58,829 bases of DNA from Candidatus Kapaibacterium sp. (GTDB lineage: Bacteria > Bacteroidota > Ignavibacteria > Kapaibacteriales > UBA4661): the NCBI GenBank assembly GCA_025055035.1, contig JANWZB010000004.1, positions 1-58,829 on the forward strand, read 5' to 3'. The notes under the pieces were generated by a model, which searched no databases, was not told the DNA's origin, and saw nothing but the letters and a program-made list of their open reading frames with translations. This document shows, piece after piece, positions 55,551 to 58,829 of this stretch (the first letter of the stretch is position 1; the number at the start of each line of letters is the position of its first letter). Both the position numbers and the translations under genes were made by a program.

Positions 55551-56183
55551 TCATGGTGTGTGCTCGGCTAGAACTTCTGCAATTGCGGTACGAAGCTTTG
55601 CTAGATCATTATCCTCCAAGCCATTGTAGTATCCACGAATCATGCCATTTGTATCTACAAGAACAAAGCGCGTACTATGAAGATTTGGATCGGACTCTGC
55701 ACCCTGAGCAAGCATGAACCCCTTGACTGCAACTGCTTTGACCGAGTCCAACGGCATAGTGAGCATCACCCAGCGTAGCGAATCTGCATCATATCGGGTA
55801 GCATAGCGCAACAACACAGGCGGTGTATCAGTTTCTGGGTCAACACTAATACCAACAAATTTGAGCTGTGGCGAGGGAAGCTCCTTCTGCAACTGTGCAA
55901 CACGGGCATTCATTGCTGGGCAAGGACCACCACAGGATGTAAAAAAGAAGTACACAATCCATACAGAACCGCGCAACGAAGCGCTGTGGAACTGACCTCC
56001 AGTCTGTGCTACACCTGAAAATTCTGGTGCAGGCTTAATGACTGGCAACGACGAGCGCTTTGCTATGCCATTAGTGGTCTTCTCTTTGGTATTTGTGCAT
56101 GCAAATACGCAGAGCAGCGCTCCATACATTACCAGAGGCAGTACAGAGCTCAGTGTACATCGTGGAATAACACCGTAGGGCAT
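55551..56183 (-). CDS. SCO1/SenC copper chaperone, lipoprotein
   Basis: Lipobox LLCVFAC. Thioredoxin fold with FFFTSCGGPCP (CxxxC) and a downstream His (LHSTRFVLVD). Confidence 0.85.
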   Translation of the reverse strand: MPYGVIPRCTLSSVLPLVMYGALLCVFACTNTKEKTTNGIAKRSSLPVIKPAPEFSGVAQTGGQFHSASLRGSVWIVYFFFTSCGGPCPAMNARVAQLQKELPSPQLKFVGISVDPETDTPPVLLRYATRYDADSLRWVMLTMPLDSVKAVAVKGFMLAQGAESDPNLHSTRFVLVDTNGMIRGYYNGLEDNDLAKLRTAIAEVLAEHTP

Positions 56184-56189
56184 AAATAC

Positions 56190-56900
56190 TTATTGCTGTT
56201 TGTGTATGAGAACAAAGTTGTATATCAATCCAGCCAGAACCCCACCAACAATAGGACCAACCCAATACACAGCATGATTTGACCACATGCCAGAAGCAAG
56301 CGCTGCACCAAATGTTCGCGCAGGATTCATAGCTCCCCCTGTCAAAGGTCCAATAGACATCACACCTAGTGCAATAGTACAACCAATCGCAAAAGGGTAC
56401 ACGCTTTGAGGAGCGCGCTTGTCAACAGCTGTTCCAAAGATAACTGCAACTAGAAAAAATGTTGCAATAGATTCAAGAATAATTCCCGCTGTAGCTGTTA
56501 CCTGCGGCGCAAGAGCAGGTGTACCAGCACCAACAGCTTGCTGACTGAATAAATTCGCAATCAATATCCCCGCTGCTGTTCCCCCAACAAGCTGGGCAAG
56601 AATGTATAAAATACCTAGAGCAGGAGCAATAAGTCCTGTTGCCATATACGCCGATGTTACGGCAGGATTAAAGTGTCCTCCCGATATCGTCCCCAACGAT
56701 GCAACCATCACAGCCACTGCTAACCCATACGATAAACCAATAGACGCAAGGTTTGCTACACCATTGGGAGCTTGCACGATATTGACCGCCTGTATTGAGA
56801 GAATACCAGTAAACACCACTGCAAATGTGCCAATACACTCAGCGATAAGCGCTTTAACAACAGAACTATTGGCAACACTATTCACGCTAAAACTATTCAT
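56190..56900 (-). CDS. aqpZ: aquaporin (MIP family, AqpZ-like)
   Basis: Two NPA boxes (SGGHFNPAVT, GGAMNPARTFG), six TM segments, 236 aa. Confidence 0.88.
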   Translation of the reverse strand: MNSFSVNSVANSSVVKALIAECIGTFAVVFTGILSIQAVNIVQAPNGVANLASIGLSYGLAVAVMVASLGTISGGHFNPAVTSAYMATGLIAPALGILYILAQLVGGTAAGILIANLFSQQAVGAGTPALAPQVTATAGIILESIATFFLVAVIFGTAVDKRAPQSVYPFAIGCTIALGVMSIGPLTGGAMNPARTFGAALASGMWSNHAVYWVGPIVGGVLAGLIYNFVLIHKQQ

Positions 56901-57123
56901 AGCAGCAGTTCTCCTGCAAACAGTGAAAGAATAACACTTGTTCGTTTTTTGCGCTCAATGTGCAGCAAAATTACTGACTAATCGCTTGGCAAACTACAAA
57001 ATTTTCTCGCGCCTCTGAGACTAAAGTTGTAGCTTTGTTGAGATTCAATTATGCTTGCGTGTAAAGCCTAGATAGCCGCAGAACTTGATATTTCCTCCAC
57101 TCAAGCCTATTGTTTCTAGTACC

Positions 57124-57813
57124 ATGACCTTTGGTAACCGCTTCTACAGCTTTTGCACATCTCTACAATTCAACGGTTCTCTACCTCGGGGAATACACAT
57201 TCTGAACCCGTACGTTCACGTAGAAGTGCGCAGTTGTGTTCAGCAGTTTTGCAACCGATACTATGCAGATAACACTCCTCGCCTCTCTATTTGGGGCATC
57301 AATCCAGGGCGTCTTGGAGGAGGATGTACAGGTCTTTCATTTACCGACCCTGTCATTTTACGAGAAGAATGCGGAATCAACAACACGCTTGGCGAGCATC
57401 GGGAACTATCTGCAACATATGTGTGGAGTGTTATCAAGGATTTTGGTGGTGCCGAAGCATTTTTCCGGAACTTCTTTCTTACAGCACTCTGTCCACTAGG
57501 GCTTGTTCGACAAGCCCAGCACGGTGCGTTTCTTAACTGTAACTTTTATGACTCTCCAAGACTGTTCAATGCCACAAAAAACTTTATTATCGCATCTCTC
57601 CAACAGCAACAGCACTTGGGACTACGGCACGACGTGGCAGTCTGTTTGGGCTCAGGAAAGCTACACACAATTTTTACCAAGCTCAATCACGAGCACAAGT
57701 TTTTTCAACGCATTCTTGCGCTGGAGCATCCACGATTTATCATGCAATATCGGCGACAGCATCTTGCAAAATATCGTCAGAACTACGTCGACACTTTGCG
57801 TATGCTTGTATAG
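57124..57813 (+). CDS. uracil-DNA-glycosylase-superfamily protein (SMUG-like / DUF4918-like)
   Basis: WGINPGRLGGGCTGLSFTDP resembles UDG motif 1 (GxNPG...). The downstream ALEHPRFIM resembles a motif-2 His region. Assignment is by pattern only. Confidence 0.55.
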   Translation: MTFGNRFYSFCTSLQFNGSLPRGIHILNPYVHVEVRSCVQQFCNRYYADNTPRLSIWGINPGRLGGGCTGLSFTDPVILREECGINNTLGEHRELSATYVWSVIKDFGGAEAFFRNFFLTALCPLGLVRQAQHGAFLNCNFYDSPRLFNATKNFIIASLQQQQHLGLRHDVAVCLGSGKLHTIFTKLNHEHKFFQRILALEHPRFIMQYRRQHLAKYRQNYVDTLRMLV

Positions 57814-57857
57814 CATTCATACTAAACAACACCAACCAGCATTATGCTTCATTGTGC

Positions 57858-58805
57858 TTATACTCCAGCTTTAACGACAATAGGTTTTTGCTTCAGCCCC
57901 AGAATATGACGATTCTTCCACAATGATTGCTCGATAAATGCCTTTGCCATCGAAGCATCAGGATATGATCCAGAGCGCAAGCGGTAATACGTTTGACCTA
58001 AGCCGTCAATATACACTTCCACACGGGCATCGCGAACACCATTACGCATCAGAAACAGCCGAGCTTGCATTGCATCTTCTTGGCTTCTTAGCGAACAGTA
58101 CTGAATGACATAATAGTTGAGACTACTCAAATTTGGTGTCAGAGGAGAGGAAACCCCAGTAACACTATTGTCGGTATCCAGCGCTGTATACGGAGGTCTT
58201 GGAAGCGTGGGAGATTGGACGCCTACAGGTGTTCGATTCATAGTCTGCGGTGGCATTCTGCGAGCTATATCGCTATTCGTCTTTGGACGACTTGTCAAGA
58301 CAAACTTCCGCTCGATCATGATATCGTCTTTTCCCACAACTTTTGGTGTTCGTACAAGTTGTGTTTGCGGTCCAACAAGTCGTGTTGTCATACCATACGA
58401 CTGTGGTATTTCTGGAAGCAAAATATAGTATGTACGGTTCGGCATCAATGGCATTGTCTCACCTGCATTGATTATTACAGAGCGACTGGTTGTACTGTCA
58501 ATTACTTGAAGCTCCACATCAGCACGATATCGTTCTTTTCCAACTTCAGCCCCAGCAGCACTATACTGATGTTCAACAACATCAAGCGAGAGCCATATTT
58601 TCGGTTGCTGCTGTATTGCGCTGCCTAGCGATGCAGGCTTGTGCGATGGGAAACGCTGAGCAATACTTTCAACGAAGCATACAAAGTACTGAACAGTTGC
58701 AACCACAGCTCCTTGCACAAGGAATAAATGCATAATACGACGAAAGCGTTGTGTGCAGGACATAATCACACGGGGTAAAAAGTATTCTGATGCTTTTCTG
58801 CGCAC
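57858..58805 (-). CDS. SPOR-domain membrane-anchored protein
   Basis: N-terminal hydrophobic anchor LFLVQGAVVATVQYFVCFV. C-terminus YYVIQYCSLRSQEDAMQARLFLMRNGVRDARVEVYIDGLGQTYYRLRSGSYPDASMAKAF is a SPOR-like repeat. Confidence 0.7.
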   Translation of the reverse strand: MRRKASEYFLPRVIMSCTQRFRRIMHLFLVQGAVVATVQYFVCFVESIAQRFPSHKPASLGSAIQQQPKIWLSLDVVEHQYSAAGAEVGKERYRADVELQVIDSTTSRSVIINAGETMPLMPNRTYYILLPEIPQSYGMTTRLVGPQTQLVRTPKVVGKDDIMIERKFVLTSRPKTNSDIARRMPPQTMNRTPVGVQSPTLPRPPYTALDTDNSVTGVSSPLTPNLSSLNYYVIQYCSLRSQEDAMQARLFLMRNGVRDARVEVYIDGLGQTYYRLRSGSYPDASMAKAFIEQSLWKNRHILGLKQKPIVVKAGV

Positions 58806-58829
58806 AGATTTGCAGCAAAATGCGTATAT

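Overview
58.8-kb chromosomal window, apparently from an FCB-group bacterium (Chlorobi/Ignavibacteriae/Bacteroidetes-like). Support for this: four proteins end in type-A T9SS C-terminal sorting domains, bshC is present, and several genes have clear AGGAGG Shine-Dalgarno sites. The backbone is housekeeping. It holds a near-complete trp operon (trpE'-G-D-C-F-B-A), rimO, pyrF, murA, bshC, coaBC, aroC, a phytoene/squalene synthase, purU, trmB, rpmB, a YebC-family gene, SCO1 and an aquaporin. A 59-aa rpmG lies below the ORF-track cut-off and was found by hand. I saw no rRNA, tRNA, CRISPR array, transposase or integrase. The most interesting accessory content is: (1) a tightly spaced ECF-sigma / membrane-protein / lipoprotein-serpin operon (12.1-15.5 kb). 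(2) A gene for an extremely acidic, aromatic-studded protein wedged between trpC and trpF and overlapping the trpF start. (3) A translationally coupled vWA-OmpA lipoprotein / cohesin-like T9SS cargo / beta-barrel trio (6.7-10.5 kb). (4) A TPR-LRR protein, a proline-rich barrel with a PorP/SprF-like NPAY motif, and a giant adhesin with nine tandem Ig-like repeats (43-49.7 kb). (5) A 2.4-kb AT-rich gene-decay island (33.1-35.5 kb). There, three consecutive minus-strand reading frames are each broken by a specific lesion: an in-frame TAG, an in-frame TAA, a 2x17-bp perfect tandem insert, and a homopolymer frameshift. (6) A stand-alone HsdR_N/PD-(D/E)XK-like protein with an internally duplicated C-terminus. 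(7) A tightly linked ADP-ribosylglycohydrolase and GT39/ArnT-like glycosyltransferase pair. All functional calls come from reading motifs in the translations. No database search was possible.
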